Of a DNA stretch of 64,000 bases, positions 1 to 13,465 are shown in pieces; the first letter of the stretch is position 1, and each line of letters opens with the position of its first letter. Under the pieces are notes generated by a model. The model had not been told where the DNA came from, searched no databases, and saw nothing but the letters and a program-made list of their open reading frames with translations. Source of the DNA: Octopus bimaculoides (taxonomy: Eukaryota); the NCBI RefSeq assembly GCF_001194135.2, contig NC_068982.1:139017853-139081852 (forward strand), read 5' to 3'. The position numbers were made by a program, and so were the translations under genes.

Positions 1-178
1 CTAACAGCATTTGGACATCTTGCTGGTGGGGCCAGAGAATAAAGGTGTCATCAACGTATCGCAACCATAGGGTTGGTTTTAGTGGTGGTCATCCTAAAGC
101 CAAATTCTCGAAGTATTCCATGTATATATTGGTTATTATCGGTGATAATGGCGAACCCATAGCTAAACCATCTACTGT
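1..178 (-). mobile_element. Penelope-like element (PLE) reverse transcriptase fragment, decayed; runs off the window start
   Basis: Minus-strand translation TVDGLAMGSPLSPIITNIYMEYFENLALG*PPLKPTLWLRYVDDTFILWPHQQDVQMLL. GxxMGSPLSP plus WxRYVDDTF (YVDD at 47-58) is the PLE RT signature. In-frame TGA at 89-91. Not in the ORF track. Confidence 0.9.
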
Positions 179-1444
179 CGATATATATCAGTGTCCATAC
201 TGATATATATCTACACGCACTGTATATTTGGTGTTAATTTGCTTCAGCTTTATATTACATTATATTGCATTAATCCTATTTCGGCCAGAGTTCTTTCGTC
301 ACACTTCTGTGACCTCATCAGTGGTCCTTTGCTTTCTTCTTTCTTATGTGTGTCTCACCTTACTAACTATCAGCCATTTTGTACTTTGTATTCCTCTCTC
401 TATGTATATATACATTTGTGTATATTGCATACATACATAATATGCGCATGCATTTATATACACACATATGTTTGTGTGGTTTTTACTTTCTGTATATTAC
501 CTTTATCTCCTCTTCAATTATCCATTATTATTCATTTGCAGTTCCACTTTCCTCTCCAGTCATTGCTGCCACTCAATTCCAACACTATATTTCCTGTTTC
601 TATATTTCAGGAAAATATCGCTTTGTAAAACAATCACATTAATCCACTTATTAATCACTTAGTCTATTTTCTTTTCTGTTTTCCGAAATTGATTTTTCAC
701 CTGAGAAGCCCATCATGCTACCCACTACTCCATCACTCCTACACTTGAAATCTACTGAAAGTCCAATCGAAGCGATGATCAATTTTTTTCATTTACCCGT
801 AATACATCTACTAAAGTAGAAAGTTAATGTATTATCCTTCCCGGAAAATTGAAGCTAGTGGCTACATAGAATATTCTACCATAGCGTTAATGACACTCTT
901 ATGACATTTAGAAAATTAAAAAAATTTTAAATAATTAGAAATTCGTGATATGTACAAACTATAGTCTTTTGACACAAAATTATGCATCCCGACCCACTGC
1001 AGTAGGAACATGAAGACTCTCTAGCATAACCCGCAACATATCTTCTAAGAGGATTCTTATTTCCCCTGAAGTGTAATGGGATATAGAAGAACTGGCCAGC
1101 GTATTGTTAAACTAGCTGTTGGACTCATGTTTTCCGTGTTTATGTTAAGCCCACCTCTGACCTTGTACTGAATAAGCATTTCCTTCGAGACTATTCTATG
1201 GATTTTGTTGAAACTTTACACGTGAAAAATGCAAAAGCTGCAGGAAAAAATAACATCATTATGGGAATTTCCATTCAAACGCCCGATTCAGCTCACAAAA
1301 ATCGATGCCAACTAAGCATTATCGAGTTTTCGAAAAATTCCTGCCATATTTAAACTTCAGGGCATGTGATCTACGTATGAACTCCAAATCANNNNNNNNN
1401 NCACGCACGCACACACACACACACACACACACATATCATTATAC

Positions 1445-2366
1445 ATTTATGTATTATGTATGGAAGCTCTGTACAAAATTATGGAAATTTGGATACAGAA
1501 ATACATCTGCGAATTCAGAGGGCAGCACAAGCTTTTGGTAGCTTGGAGTCATGCATTTAAGGCCAGCGACATATAAAGAACAATACTCAGTTGACTTTTT
1601 ACAAATCATTTGTCTTACCATCCCTGTGAAGCATGGACATGTTATGAAAGACATTTTAAATTGTTAGAACAATTCCACCAAAAATGTCTTCATCGCATTT
1701 TACTCCAAACAGAGATGTCCTTGCATTTGCAGGCATCACCTCAATTAAAGCTAAGATTTTGAGAAACCAAATGAGAAGGTGTGGCCTTATTGTACGAATG
1801 GCAGCTGAACGCATGCCCAAACAACTGTTTCATGTTGAGTTTGCAGAGGGGAAGCGCTATAGGCCTAAACCTAAAAAAAGGTTTAAGGACGGCATAAGGA
1901 CTACTATGAAGTCATTTGGAATGGAGCCAGAAGACATAGACAGCTTTGCTTTGCGTCGAACTGGATGGCGAACAAAAGTGTAGAGTGGAGTGAAAGCGTT
2001 TGAAGAGGCTAAAATAAAGTATGCTAGACTCAAAAGAGATTTAAGGAGGTGAATCACACACTTTGTGAGAGACAATGCCTTTCTTTTGCTGGAGTGAAAT
2101 CTCATTTGAGGACCAATGGAAAACGAATCTCCACCAACTATTCTGCCTATATGTCTGTGCATACCTTTCAATGCAATGTATGCCAGAAGGTTTGCAAATC
2201 TAACGGAGGCCTCAAAAGACATTTTAAGATCCACAAAGATGAGAACATATCTGTAGCTCTTGGTCGTCCAAATCGGATATGCAATTTATGTGGGTGTGGG
2301 TGTCTTTTCGTAGCATTATCCGGTTTAAAAAGCCACATCAAATGCCATGATGGTTCTAAGATGTAG
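1445..2366 (+). mobile_element. RTE-clade LINE, 3' part of the ORF (RT C-terminus plus C-terminal C2H2 zinc fingers), frameshifted
   Basis: Pieces in different frames: GSSVQNYGNLDTEIHLRIQRAAQAFGSL, EAWTCYERHFKLLEQFHQKCLHRIL, RMAAERMPKQLFHVEFAEGKRYRPKPKKRFKD...RTGWRTKV, then CNVCQKVCKSNGGLKRHFKIH. These match the RTE C-terminal pattern (PKQLFYGEL..G.R..GRP.KRFKD). Confidence 0.9.
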
Positions 2367-4029
2367 GTACAGGAGGTGGTCAAACTCTGCATAAGGAGTA
2401 GACAACAACCACCATANNNNNNNNNNNNNNNNNNNNNNNNNNNNNNNNNNNNNNNNNNNNNNNNNNNNNNNNNNNNNNNNNNNNNNNNNNNNNNNNNNNN
2501 NNNNNNNNNNNNNNNNNNNNNNNNNNNNNNNNNNNNNNNNNNNNNNNNNNNNNNNNNNNNNNNNNNNNNNNNNNNNNNNNNNNNNNNNNNNNNNNNNNNN
2601 NNNNNNNNNNNNNNNNNNNNNNNNNNNNNNNNNNNNNNNNNNNNNNNNNNNNNNNNNNNNNNNNNNNNNNNNNNNNNNNNNNNNNNNNNNNNNNNNNNNN
2701 NNNNNNNNNNNNNNNNNNNNNNNNNNNNNNNNNNNNNNNNNNNNNNNNNNNNNNNNNNNNNNNNNNNNNNNNNNNNNNNNNNNNNNNNNNNNNNNNNNNN
2801 NNNNNNNTATATATATATACACACACATATATAATAAATATATGTTTATATAGTGATGTATCGGTGTTAAGACTTTTCAAGCAATATCTGCAACAACCAG
2901 TGTCTGCGGTATTTCAACCTTACATTATGGAATAATTTCCTCCCCTGAATGTATTTCAAATCATTGTCATTTCATCATCTGTTATTTTCCAATTAAAGCA
3001 AGGAACAATATCAATCGTTTCTGAGCCGAAATACTTCAGGATGTTTAGAATATCTCCCAACCAATCAAAAACAATACTTCCCCAAGTATTTCCCAATTAT
3101 GAATATTTTCAGCAATTTTAATTGACATGATACAATACAATTGCATCTGAAATGCAATATTAAAACTTATTTGTTAGACCAACAACCTCTAGGCCCGACA
3201 ACAAGAAATATCTTGTAATGAGTAACTGTGAATGAACAAAGGGTGCTGAATCTGCGAATCGTAGCAGCATATTTTTATAACTGACTTATTCTTCTTCAAT
3301 TAACGGCACTACATCATTTCACAATAGATGAATGCATAGATGTTGTCAACTGAACAAGGTCGATAATGAGTACGTGATATGATTAAGCTGACTTCTTCAT
3401 ATCTGTAACTGTCAGACCAGGCGTTAATTGTGAAATAATTAATACACTATCTTGGTTGAAATATGACGTTAGCGAGAACAATGACATCATGCTTTCCAGA
3501 ATTGTCGTCCAGAGAGACATGCTTACCCACAAATGACTGTAGACTGTGAATTTACAACAAAATCTCTATATTCTTTTCTCTAGAAAAGGAAGAACGTATT
3601 GGACCATGTAGTCCTATATTTTCTTTGAAAATGGGTGTTAATGACGAGAACACATGATTATGTGTCTGTCTTCTTTTATCTCTGAAATGGATATAAACAA
3701 CAACAACAATTACAGCAGCAACAATAACAACAACAACAACAACAATACCATTAGTATATTCACGAAGCAAAAATCTCTAACTAGGGTTCCAGTTTTAAGT
3801 AAAATAATTGCAAATTTCTCCGAAAATATATGACATTATAATTAAACCCTACGAAAATCATGGCAGTTAGCACAACTGTTATAGAAGTTCGTAATGAGAT
3901 ATATTAAATCATAATGAACGCCTGGAGTTTGTTGTTATGATACCGAGAAGTCACTGGGCCATTTATCCAATTTCATGGTTTAGGTGATTGAGAGCTCAAC
4001 GTAGTCCACGAATAGGACACAAGTCCGTC

Positions 4030-4172
4030 GTAGGGTTACACATAACAAAGAGGACCGGAGCAGCGTGAAATGAAGTGTTTTGGGCAAGAACACTAAACAA
4101 CACACCATCCAATCCAGGAATCAAAACCACAACCTTGCGAACACAAATGCAACGCCCTAACCACTAGACCAG
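4030..4172 (-). mobile_element. tRNA-headed SINE family D, degenerate
   Basis: The reverse complement matches the head and TTCTTGAGCAAAACACTTCATTTCACGTTGCT core of the copy at 41560-41802. Confidence 0.55.
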
Positions 4173-4844
4173 GTTCATTTAGGCTTCACATTGTGCAAAA
4201 TATACAATGACGAATGTACAATCACCGCCCAACCTCTCAATATCTGCAGTATGAAGATACCGCACGCATTAGCAAAGTTATTGCAGATAAAAGTCCGCCT
4301 GCAGCCTATCTAACTTATTAGAATGAAACGTGTCCTAGTGGCATGGCAGTTAAGTGATTGTGAGTATGCGACCTCTCCTTGATCAGGATGAGAGTCCGTT
4401 GCACGATCAACTATCGGTTAATGCTGATACTCATCTAAAGTAAGTGCACTGCAAAATGTATAATACATCTAGTCGTCAATAGGACTGTGTAATATGTACC
4501 TTGCTTTCGTTAATTGCTTTAGGTGCCCATATAGTCGCGAAAATACATAGACAATTTCTGCGCCCCCCGGCCACAAAATATGACTCGCCGGCAGATCCAG
4601 AAATGGAGGGTGTGCTTGCATTCATTTACAGTTGAGTCACCTAAAGTAATATGAAATAGAACCCCTTGCTCAATGATCCAACGCAAAAGGGGACCGCTTG
4701 TATAAATGCCAGACTTAAAAAAAATATAAGCATTGGAGTCGATTCGTTTGACGAAACTTCTTCAAACCAGTTTTCCAGTGTGGCCGCAATCTCTTGACTG
4801 TGACAAGTAAAAGATAAAAGATATTTGCGAACATGTGTGAACTT

Positions 4845-4975
4845 TGGGCTACGGTGTCGGATGACAATCGTAAGGTCATGGGCTTGATTCCTGTTGAGAA
4901 TATGTCACTTTCTTGAGCAAAGCACTTCATTTTCATCTTAGTCTATTTCACTCGGTTGGATAATAACGACCCGAA
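4845..4975 (+). mobile_element. SINE family D, degenerate
   Basis: B-box-like GCTTGATTCC followed by TTCTTGAGCAAAAGCACTTCATTTT, as in 41560-41802. Confidence 0.5.
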
Positions 4976-5074
4976 GCAGCTGGTGAAGCTAAATTTCCAA
5001 TCGATTTAGTTCTATTTCAGCTAATAAAAGGCTGTCATTACACTCCGAGTTACCTCGTGGGTCTAGACTTGATG

Positions 5075-5150
5075 ATGATAATGATAAGGATGACAATGGA
5101 GATGACGACGAGGACGACAACGACGATGATGACAGTGGTGGTGATGATGG

Positions 5151-5196
<46 letters not shown>
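5075..5196. repeat. (GAT/GAC)n trinucleotide microsatellite
   Basis: Seen directly. Confidence 0.95.
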
Positions 5197-5197
<1 letters not shown>

Positions 5198-6620
5198 GTT
5201 TTGATGCAATTCATGTGAAAACTCGACTCACAATATGCAATGAGATTTTTGAAAATGGAAAAAAATAAGTCAAGTGATTTATCATTAGTATTTCAAAAGT
5301 GGCCACTATCTCTAAATAACAAAAAAACAAACAAATATAATAAAGAATTTTGAAACCAAGTGTATTGGTTATACCGTTAAAGAGGCTTATATAAAAACTA
5401 TTGATTTGTGAATTATATATATATATATATATATAAAGAAAACGAAATGAAATAATTTGATATCAAAACATATGAACAAATATTTCAGAAATATCTATAG
5501 AAGAAAAATAATCACAAAATAGTTTGAAGTTTGGGTATTAATATTTTGACGTTTGATATGTCCATTGAGTTTATGGTATCAATATTATCATCGTTGTGTT
5601 GACATCGTATCAATTTCGGCAGTCAGGTAGTAGAGAAATAATAAACCACTCTGGATATTTAATGATGACAAAATACAAGATGTTTATGTTATTAGTGGAG
5701 GTGAAATACGGTGTGTTATGATAATGCGTTTGCATAATGGCATCTCGACTTGAGACAGGTGAAGAAATTATGTTCAAACGATATTCAAGTGTGTTCGGAA
5801 ATTTGTGATATTTCGCTCAATTATCAGTTTTCAGTTTTGTTGATCTTAGATGTTCAGAATTATAGAAATGGTTGTGGTTAATCTTCGGATAATCCCTGAG
5901 TCATTACCAATCTCCTCGGCTATCACATGTGATTGGGCGAAAAAGAGAGAAAAACACCGTGTTAAGTGAATCGGTGATAAAAGAATAATAGAACATATGA
6001 TACATTACATTCCGAGGCCCGTAGTTGTTTAGACAAGTGTAAATGGTGGCTGAGGTACGGTTTTGCGGTCAAAGAAGGCTGACTGATTGAGCGCCGATTA
6101 ATGTTATCTGATAAGCAGACCACTGTTGACAATGTTGGTGAATGAATTAGTGATAGACGAAGATAGATGAACAAGTATTATTTTGTATATTTGCGAGAGC
6201 AGAGTAATACAAGAAAACCAGTTTAGGTTTTTACAATAACATCTTAAATTACATACTCATTACACGGGTTTCGCAAGCGAATTGTAGAATATAGTTTGCG
6301 TTAATCGTTCCGCGGATGATTTCATAATCACACTGACGTGGCAGGTCTTCAGAAGGCAATAGTAATTTAATTCAACATTATTTACCAAAATATGTTGCTT
6401 GGCAATGTTACTTTAGGATTGTATCTAATTATAAAACAAAATCGGAGATCAAATTATGTTTCATACTTAATTAAAATTTGGTTATACATAAATTTACATC
6501 GAGTTCTAAACATTGGTTAACCATAATAATGCAATCTCATCTGATATACAAATGATTCAAAATATAATATAATACAATATAATTTAATACAATATGATAT
6601 GAAGTATTATATATCAGGGC

Positions 6621-6830
6621 TGTGAACTGGGAGAACATTTAGTACGCCGGACAAAATGCTTAGTGGTAATTCGTTTGACATTACGCTCTGAGTTCAAGTT
6701 CCACCGATGGCAACTTTGGCTTTCATCTTGTCGTGATCAATAAAATAAGCACCAGTTGAGCACTGGGGTCGATATAATCGACTTGCCTCCCCACCCGCGC
6801 ACTTGCTGGCCTTGTGCCAAAATTTGAAGC
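6621..6830 (+). mobile_element. SINE family A (dominant tRNA-related SINE)
   Basis: Matches the other copies: GTTCAAGTTCC B-box, CTTTCATC...ATAAAATAAGCACCAGTTGAGCACTGGGGTCGATATAATCGACTT core, GGCCTTGTGCCAAAATTTGAA tail. Confidence 0.85.
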
Positions 6831-6920
6831 AGGAATGGCTGTGTGGCAAGTAGCTTGCTTACCAACCACATGGTTCCGGATTCAGTCGCACTGCGTTGCA
6901 CTTTTGTGAAATGCTGTTCT
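6831..6920 (+). mobile_element. SINE family B head (tRNA-like)
   Basis: TGGCTGTGTGGCAAGTAGCTTGCTTACCAACCACATGGTTCCGGATTCAGTC matches the heads at 17548 and 37528. Confidence 0.7.
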
Positions 6921-7034
6921 TCGTCTGAGGGACATTCAGGTTGGGCCTATATAGTGGTTTCCGCAACCTAAGCAGGTAATAGCATAGATTAAATTTTCAG
7001 AGTTTATCTTATATACTTCACCTTGTTTGAAGTG

Positions 7035-7173
7035 AAATTCTATACCCTTCAAATAGGGGGAGGGGTACACAGAATTTGACTTCAAACAAGGTGAGATAAT
7101 GACCCGAGTGTTTCGCTGGCTTTTAATTTATCCACTCCGAAAGGATGTAAGACCAAGTCGACCTTGGAGGAAT
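7035..7173 (-). mobile_element. SINE family A, partial
   Basis: AATTTATCCACTCCGAAAGGATGTAAGACCAAGTCGACCTTGGAGGAAT is the reverse-complement core. Confidence 0.7.
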
Positions 7174-7742
7174 AGCAACAACAATAATGATAGCATGACT
7201 GTCACGCAGGATCAAGAATGAGTGGATACCACTACGTGATATTACTTCGTTATTTGTTTCATCTACTCGTGTAGCCTTGCAGTGAAAAGGAGACTCATAC
7301 ACTCTATATAAAGATACATAATTTAGCTTTGCGTCTCTATGTCTAATGAAATGATTTCATAACACTTAGGCGTTAAATTGTTAACGAAAATAACAGTTAA
7401 TTCCATACTAATTAATCATATTTGTGATGCTCACATTTATGTAATCAATACTCTGCTTTGTACATATCTCCACATATCATATTTCATTATACGGTCATCA
7501 CTGATTAGTAAACATTTAGCCAATTAAACATTTCTCTCTAGCTAATTATCATGCATATTTCCTCCGTAAGTATGAAACCAAGTAAAATTTATATCATAGA
7601 ATAACCTTCATTTGGAATAAATACATTATCTGTTGCGGTGATAAGTGCTTGTCTTGCGATGCACAGGAAGTTTATGCAGTGTGAAAATTTTTGTGACAAA
7701 GCTCTCGGTGTAATATGTCTGACGATATTTAAAAAAATAGCT

Positions 7743-7905
7743 AAGGTGACGATATGACAGAATTGTTAGCACACCTATCTTGTCCTTTACGTTCTATTTT
7801 GCCTTTCATCCTTTCGGAGTCGATGAAATAAGTCTTAGTTGAGTACTGGGGTCAACTTTCCAACCCCTGAAAATGTCTGGGCTTGTAACAAAGTAAAAGA
7901 AGATA
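7743..7905 (+). mobile_element. SINE family A, internally deleted
   Basis: TTTGCCTTTCATCCTTTCGGAGTCGATGAAATAAG core plus head and tail remnants. Confidence 0.7.
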
Positions 7906-10900
7906 TCTAAAAAAATATCGAATTAGCATATCCGATATTTGGATTGTTTTACTGTTTCTTATCTGTTGATTATACAGAATTTAATGTCATTAACTGTAGT
8001 ATGACTTCTTAGACGTTCCTTTCAATCATGTTTGTTGATATTATTTGATATTATTTAGTAAATAGGTGCTACAAGTGTCTTCTGCTATATATTGTGTGGT
8101 AGTTTGATTAGCGGAAATAGAACGGAGCTCGCCGTGTATATATATATATAGCGCTTATATTTCACTCTATTCTTCGATCGGGCGATCTACTACAGAAAAT
8201 CAATCAGCGGTGTTGACGAAATTATACAAGAAGTTATGGCTTGATAATATCGTTCAGAATTGCCTTCTTTAGGTACATATCATTGACAAGAACCAATGAA
8301 TTGTACCTATCATCGATGTCTGGTATTCCTAATAGATGTCGACACTGAACGAACCCGATGTTTTCACGCCTCTTTCCCATAAACGTGATATTTTCTCAAC
8401 AGTGACTGCAGNNNNNNNNNNNNNNNNNNNNNNNNNNNNNNNNNNNNNNNNNNNNNNNNNNNNNNNNNNNNNNNNNNNNNNNNNNNNNNNNNNNNNNNNN
8501 NNNNNNNNNNNNNNNNNNNNNNNNNNNNNNNNNNNNNNNNNNNNNNNNNNNNNNNNNNNNNNNNNNNNNNNNNNNNNNNNNNNNNNNNNNNNNNNNNNNN
8601 NNNNNNNNNNNNNNNNNNNNNNNNNNNNNNNNNNNNNNNNNNNNNNNNNNNNNNNNNNNNNNNNNNNNNNNNNNNNNNNNNNNNNNNNNNNNNNNNNNNN
8701 NNNNNNNNNNNNNNNNNNNNNNNNNNNNNNNNNNNNNNNNNNNNNNNNNNNNNNNNNNNNNNNNNNNNNNNNNNNNNNNNNNNNNNNNNNNNNNNNNNNN
8801 NNNNNNNNNNNNNNNNNNNNNNNNNNNNNNNNNNNNNNNNNNNNNNNNNNNNNNNNNNNNNNNNNNNNNNNNNNNNNNNNNNNNNNNNNNNNNNNNNNNN
8901 NNNNNNNNNNNNNNNNNNNNNNNNNNNNNNNNNNNNNNNNNNNNNNNNNNNNNNNNNNNNNNNNNNNNNNNNNNNNNNNNNNNNNNNNNNNNNNNNNNNN
9001 NNNNNNNNNNNNNNNNNNNNNNNNNNNNNNNNNNNNNNNNNNNNNNNNNNNNNNNNNNNNNNNNNNNNNNNNNNNNNNNNNNNNNNNNNNNNNNNNNNNN
9101 NNNNNNNNNNNNNNNNNNNNNNNNNNNNNNNNNNNNNNNNNNNNNNNNNNNNNNNNNNNNNNNNNNNNNNNNNNNNNNNNNNNNNNNNNNNNNNNNNNNN
9201 NNNNNNNNNNNNNNNNNNNNNNNNNNNNNNNNNNNNNNNNNNNNNNNNNNNNNNNNNNNNNNNNNNNNNNNNNNACTTTGGTGACATTTTTACGTTTTAT
9301 AGAACACCAATTTCAAGTAAAACACTTAGAAAGGGAAGAATTAATTACTTCCACCTTTTCCCTCTTTCTTCATGCATAAAGGTGAGAGAGTATTCTGCAA
9401 ATGAACTATGGTTAAAAAAAAAACAAAAAAACAAAACAAAACAGTAGAATATTCATACAGGAATTAATTATTATTTTAGAAATGGAAGAGTCGAATAATT
9501 ATTTCAACACCGGTGAACCGAGAAACGTCTAAATGTAAAGAAAAAATAAATTAGACGTTGATATATATATATATATATATTATAGAAACAGAATTGAATA
9601 TGATTTTTCTTACATTGCAAAAATACCATAAACATCACGGAATAATTTTCTGCTGCAGCATCAATTTGTTTTCGTTTTATTTTTATTCGGTATAATGGAT
9701 TAAGAGAGAAACTGGTTTTTATGCTGAATATAGTTACGTTAAAAATCTACTCGAAAGTACTGGAAAGGGATTACGGTGGGGGAAGCAAAGCGATCAAGAA
9801 GGGAACAGAGAGAGAGATAGAGGAGAGACGAGGGATATATAGAGAGGGAGAACAACGAAAGCGTTGTAATAGTTAGTAATGGGTAAATAGAGGAAACGAT
9901 GATGATGATGCGTAGCAAAAGGAGGAGAAGGGGAAAGGTTCATAACAATAACAATGATAATTATTTATAACAAAGGAATACGAGGCTGCACATTTGGGAA
10001 GGAGCCAATTGTGAACAGAAACCAAAGTGACATTTTTCAACGACAGAGCATTCCAGGAAGAGATGGCGGCAGAGGATAAAGTAATGAAAGCTAACAAGCT
10101 GAGGAAGGCATTATATATTAATGTTACCGACCACCTTTCTAATTCACATGAAAGTCTGTTAAGTACCTTTGTTGAACATTATGGTTAGAATGGAAGCAAA
10201 TCGATCATTTCTCTACGAGGAGAACTTTCCTAAGAAGTGCGATTAGACTTTTATCAGCTAAATTTCGTAGCCAAGGCAGCGAATCAAAGGCTTTATAAAT
10301 TGCATATCCACTGAACATGATAAACAACCATAAAAGTATGGTAGCCTTAAATGACCGAGGTTGATGGAACGTAACTCCGTTCGCCTTCATTGACATTCCT
10401 ATAATTTATAATATCCGAGGTTATTATGTATCGATCTCTAACTTCACTAGAAACTTATACATGTATGCGTAAATGAAGGGTTATGTTCAGTTGGAACGAT
10501 CTCACTATTTATTTATTATTGGTAATTATGTCATCGATGAAAAGTAAAGTAAACGTTTATAGAATTTTAACAAGGGAACGGAAATAATATTTTCAATTAA
10601 GTACCGCAATGTATTGAAACCGAAACACTGTTATTTCTACCATTCCACTAGAAACCTATAAAACATTGATTTGTTTCCTAATACAATACCAACATTTGTA
10701 AGAATCGATCTAATTGATGGAGAGCCCCCACCCCGCCCCCAGTGGATTACTGATAAAGATATTAAACGTAAAATTAAATCCAGCTGTATTTGAAAGCCTA
10801 ACGTATACAAAATATCATAAATACATTTTCTTAATTTCTTTACCGATTCTGCCAACCAACCACAATTAGGAGTAATTAATTATGATACTTATCCAAGGCC

Positions 10901-11093
10901 AATGTATTTAGGGGACAATATAGACAATTACGATAGGGAATTTACTGAATTGTATGGAACGTCGGGTTAATAGATTGTAGTACTTACTTGGGGTTTCTGG
11001 CTTCTGACTTAATTTCTAGCCGGGGACAGCTTTACCCATCATCCATCCAGTGTCAGTCAAGCATTGGTGTTGGTTCTTTTCTTCTCTTCCCAG

Positions 11094-11419
11094 AATTCCC
11101 CTCGTTCCTCGTTGCGCTGAGGAAATGGATGTAGGGCAGAAAGCACAGACAAGGGTAAGCTGTTTATAAATGGAAAGCAAAACCATACGGCCGAAGACGA
11201 ACTTAAGCAAATGAAGTACCATACAGACCAGAAATACTGAAAAGAAACAGACAGTAGGCGATTACGTCTAAGATCTTCACTTCCGCTTTAAACCTGATAA
11301 TCTGGATATAAGCACGACCAGTGATGGCGATAAAGCAATGTATAATAATTTTCTCTCTAATTATCAGTTGTTTTATTTTTATGAACCATAACAGAGTCGA
11401 CGACAGCAAGATTTGAACG
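11094..11419 (+). other. Two candidate spliced exons (11094-11154 and 11395-11419) of an unidentified gene
   Basis: Acceptor TTCTTTTCTTCTCTTCCCAG and donor AGG|GTAAGC; second acceptor ACAG and donor ACG|GTGAGT. The phases are compatible: IPLVPRCAEEMDVGQKAQTR|SRRQQDLN. No homology recognised. Confidence 0.25.
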
Positions 11420-12219
11420 GTGAGTGATGTAAGTAAACACAGAAAGAAGTTTTACCGAATGTACGAAACCATAGGCACTTAGAGGATATTAATTATTGAA
11501 GAGATACATTGTTAACGATTTGACAGTTTACGACTGAAGTAATACATTTTAAAACCTACATTAAGTTTAGTTTGAGCAACATCATTTATTTATTTTGTGC
11601 TAAGTTAAATACGCCAAGAGACAACATGCAAGAAGGCCAAGGGACACAAACACTGCAAAGATTTTTTTTATTTTAATGTTATTTACATTAAGATGCAAAT
11701 GTAAATATTTACATAACACAATTGTTCTCTCTGTCTCTCTTTCTCTCTTTAACTATATCACGCTTAAGCACACAAAGCTGCCCAAACAATACATATACAC
11801 ACATATAAGTATGTATATATATATATATNNNNNNNNNNNNNNNNNNNNNNNNNNNNNNNNNNNNNNNNNNNNNNNNNNNNNNNNNNNNNNNNNNNNNNNN
11901 NNNNNNNNNNNNNNNNNNNNNNNNNNNNNNNNNNNNNNNNNNNNNNNNNNNNNNNNNNNNNNNNNNNNNNNNNNNNNNNNTTTTAAAAATACGTGTGTGT
12001 ATATGTGTGTGTGTCTGTGTGTATGTAAAATGAAATCCTTCGATGCCACGTCACGGCCCCATTCAATGACTTAAAAAAACGAAAGAATAAAAGAATACTT
12101 TGAGAAGATAAATAATTATGGAAACAAATAGAATCTAACTGACAAGAATCATCATTACTGTTCGCTATTACTTCCAAAATAATTGGAGAAAAGTGGATGG
12201 GTATTTTATTTTAAATATA

Positions 12220-12454
12220 CAGTAATCCCTCATCTGTCGTGGATGTTACGTTCCAAAATCCCCTACGATAGGTGAATATCTGCAAAGTGAAACAACACTG
12301 TGAAACAACACTGTATATTTCTTCTATTATTTTTTATAATTTGTATATGTTCATTTTATTATAAATACAAAACAGACGAATCGGCATAAGCTTAAATAAT
12401 AAACTGCGATAGGTGAACCCCGATATGTGAACCGCGATATGGCGAGGGTTACTG
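12220..12454. mobile_element. pogo/Tigger-like MITE
   Basis: TIRs CAGTAATCCCTC...TCG / CGATATGGCGAGGGTTACTG flanked by TA (12218-19, 12455-56). A second copy starts at 51147. Confidence 0.85.
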
Positions 12455-12549
12455 TAATGGTTTGAAACTTTTGGAAACCAAAGGCCACCAGAATTAAGGG
12501 AGGGGGATAACTGAGTACATCGATCCAATACATCCCAGATATTTATTTT

Positions 12550-12625
12550 ATAGACTTCGGAATGATAAAAAGTAAAGACAACCTCGGCGGAATTAGAACT
12601 CAGAACGTAAAGGCGGACGAAATAC
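12550..12625 (-). mobile_element. SINE family A fragment
   Basis: CAACCTCGGCGGAATTAGAACTCAGAACGTAAAGGCGGACGAAAT. Confidence 0.75.
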
Positions 12626-13465
12626 TAGCTCGTTGACTTACTCTATAAATTAAATAATAAAAATTGCTTGTTTGGCAGGACTATTTTGTTTTTTCGAAAC
12701 AACATACAACTTAAATAAAGGTACTTCGAACTTACTCGTCGACAAATACTACTAAACAACAACAATATGAATAATTTTGTGCATGTTTGTGCAATCAATT
12801 CCAAATGAATAAACATATCCTTTACAATTTCTACAGACCTTCGTCAGTCTCACAAAAATGACAAGGTAAATATCGCATTCAAAGTTAGCAGACAGTCAAA
12901 CTGCCAGCTATCACGCTGCAGACTTGACATTTTCCTAGAGAAAAATGACAATAAGCTGTTAATGTGTCTCTTGGTGAATGGCTGTGATTGTATGCAGAAG
13001 AGACATAGAAATCGACAGCAAAACATTGCATAACACGTTGAATATCCAAATAATATTTTATAAGCGTTACAAATGCCATTGGTACATACATAAGTACATA
13101 CAAATACTCACACATATATGATTCTTTGTATATATGTATGCATGCGTGCGCAAACACACACGCACATATACATGTATGTATGTGTGTGTGTTATATATAT
13201 ATATATACTTACATTAACATATAGCTANNNNNNNNNNNNNNNNNNNNNNNNNNNNNNNNNNNNNNNNNNNNNNNNNNNNNNNNNNNNNNNNNNNNNNNNN
13301 NNNNNNNNNNNNNNNNNNNNNNNNNNNNNNNNNNNNNNNNNNNNNNNNNNNNNNNNNNNNNNNNNNNNNNNNNNNNNNNNNNNNNNNNNNNNNNNNNNNN
13401 NNNNNNNNNNNNNNTGCGGTGCCTATATTGTCGTCTTATGTAAAAATGAAAATAACACTGATATC

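Noticed and set aside
2049-2366. Host C2H2 zinc-finger gene
   Set aside because: It is directly continuous with decayed RTE ORF sequence, has no TGEKP linkers and has degenerate ligands.
5940-6360. Promoter (CpG-enriched, TGACGTGG motif)
   Set aside because: There is no linked gene start or other supporting feature, and the short motifs are expected by chance.
10205-10396. 63-aa minus-strand ORF with a hydrophobic segment
   Set aside because: No recognisable family, weak splice signals, and a length within chance expectation.
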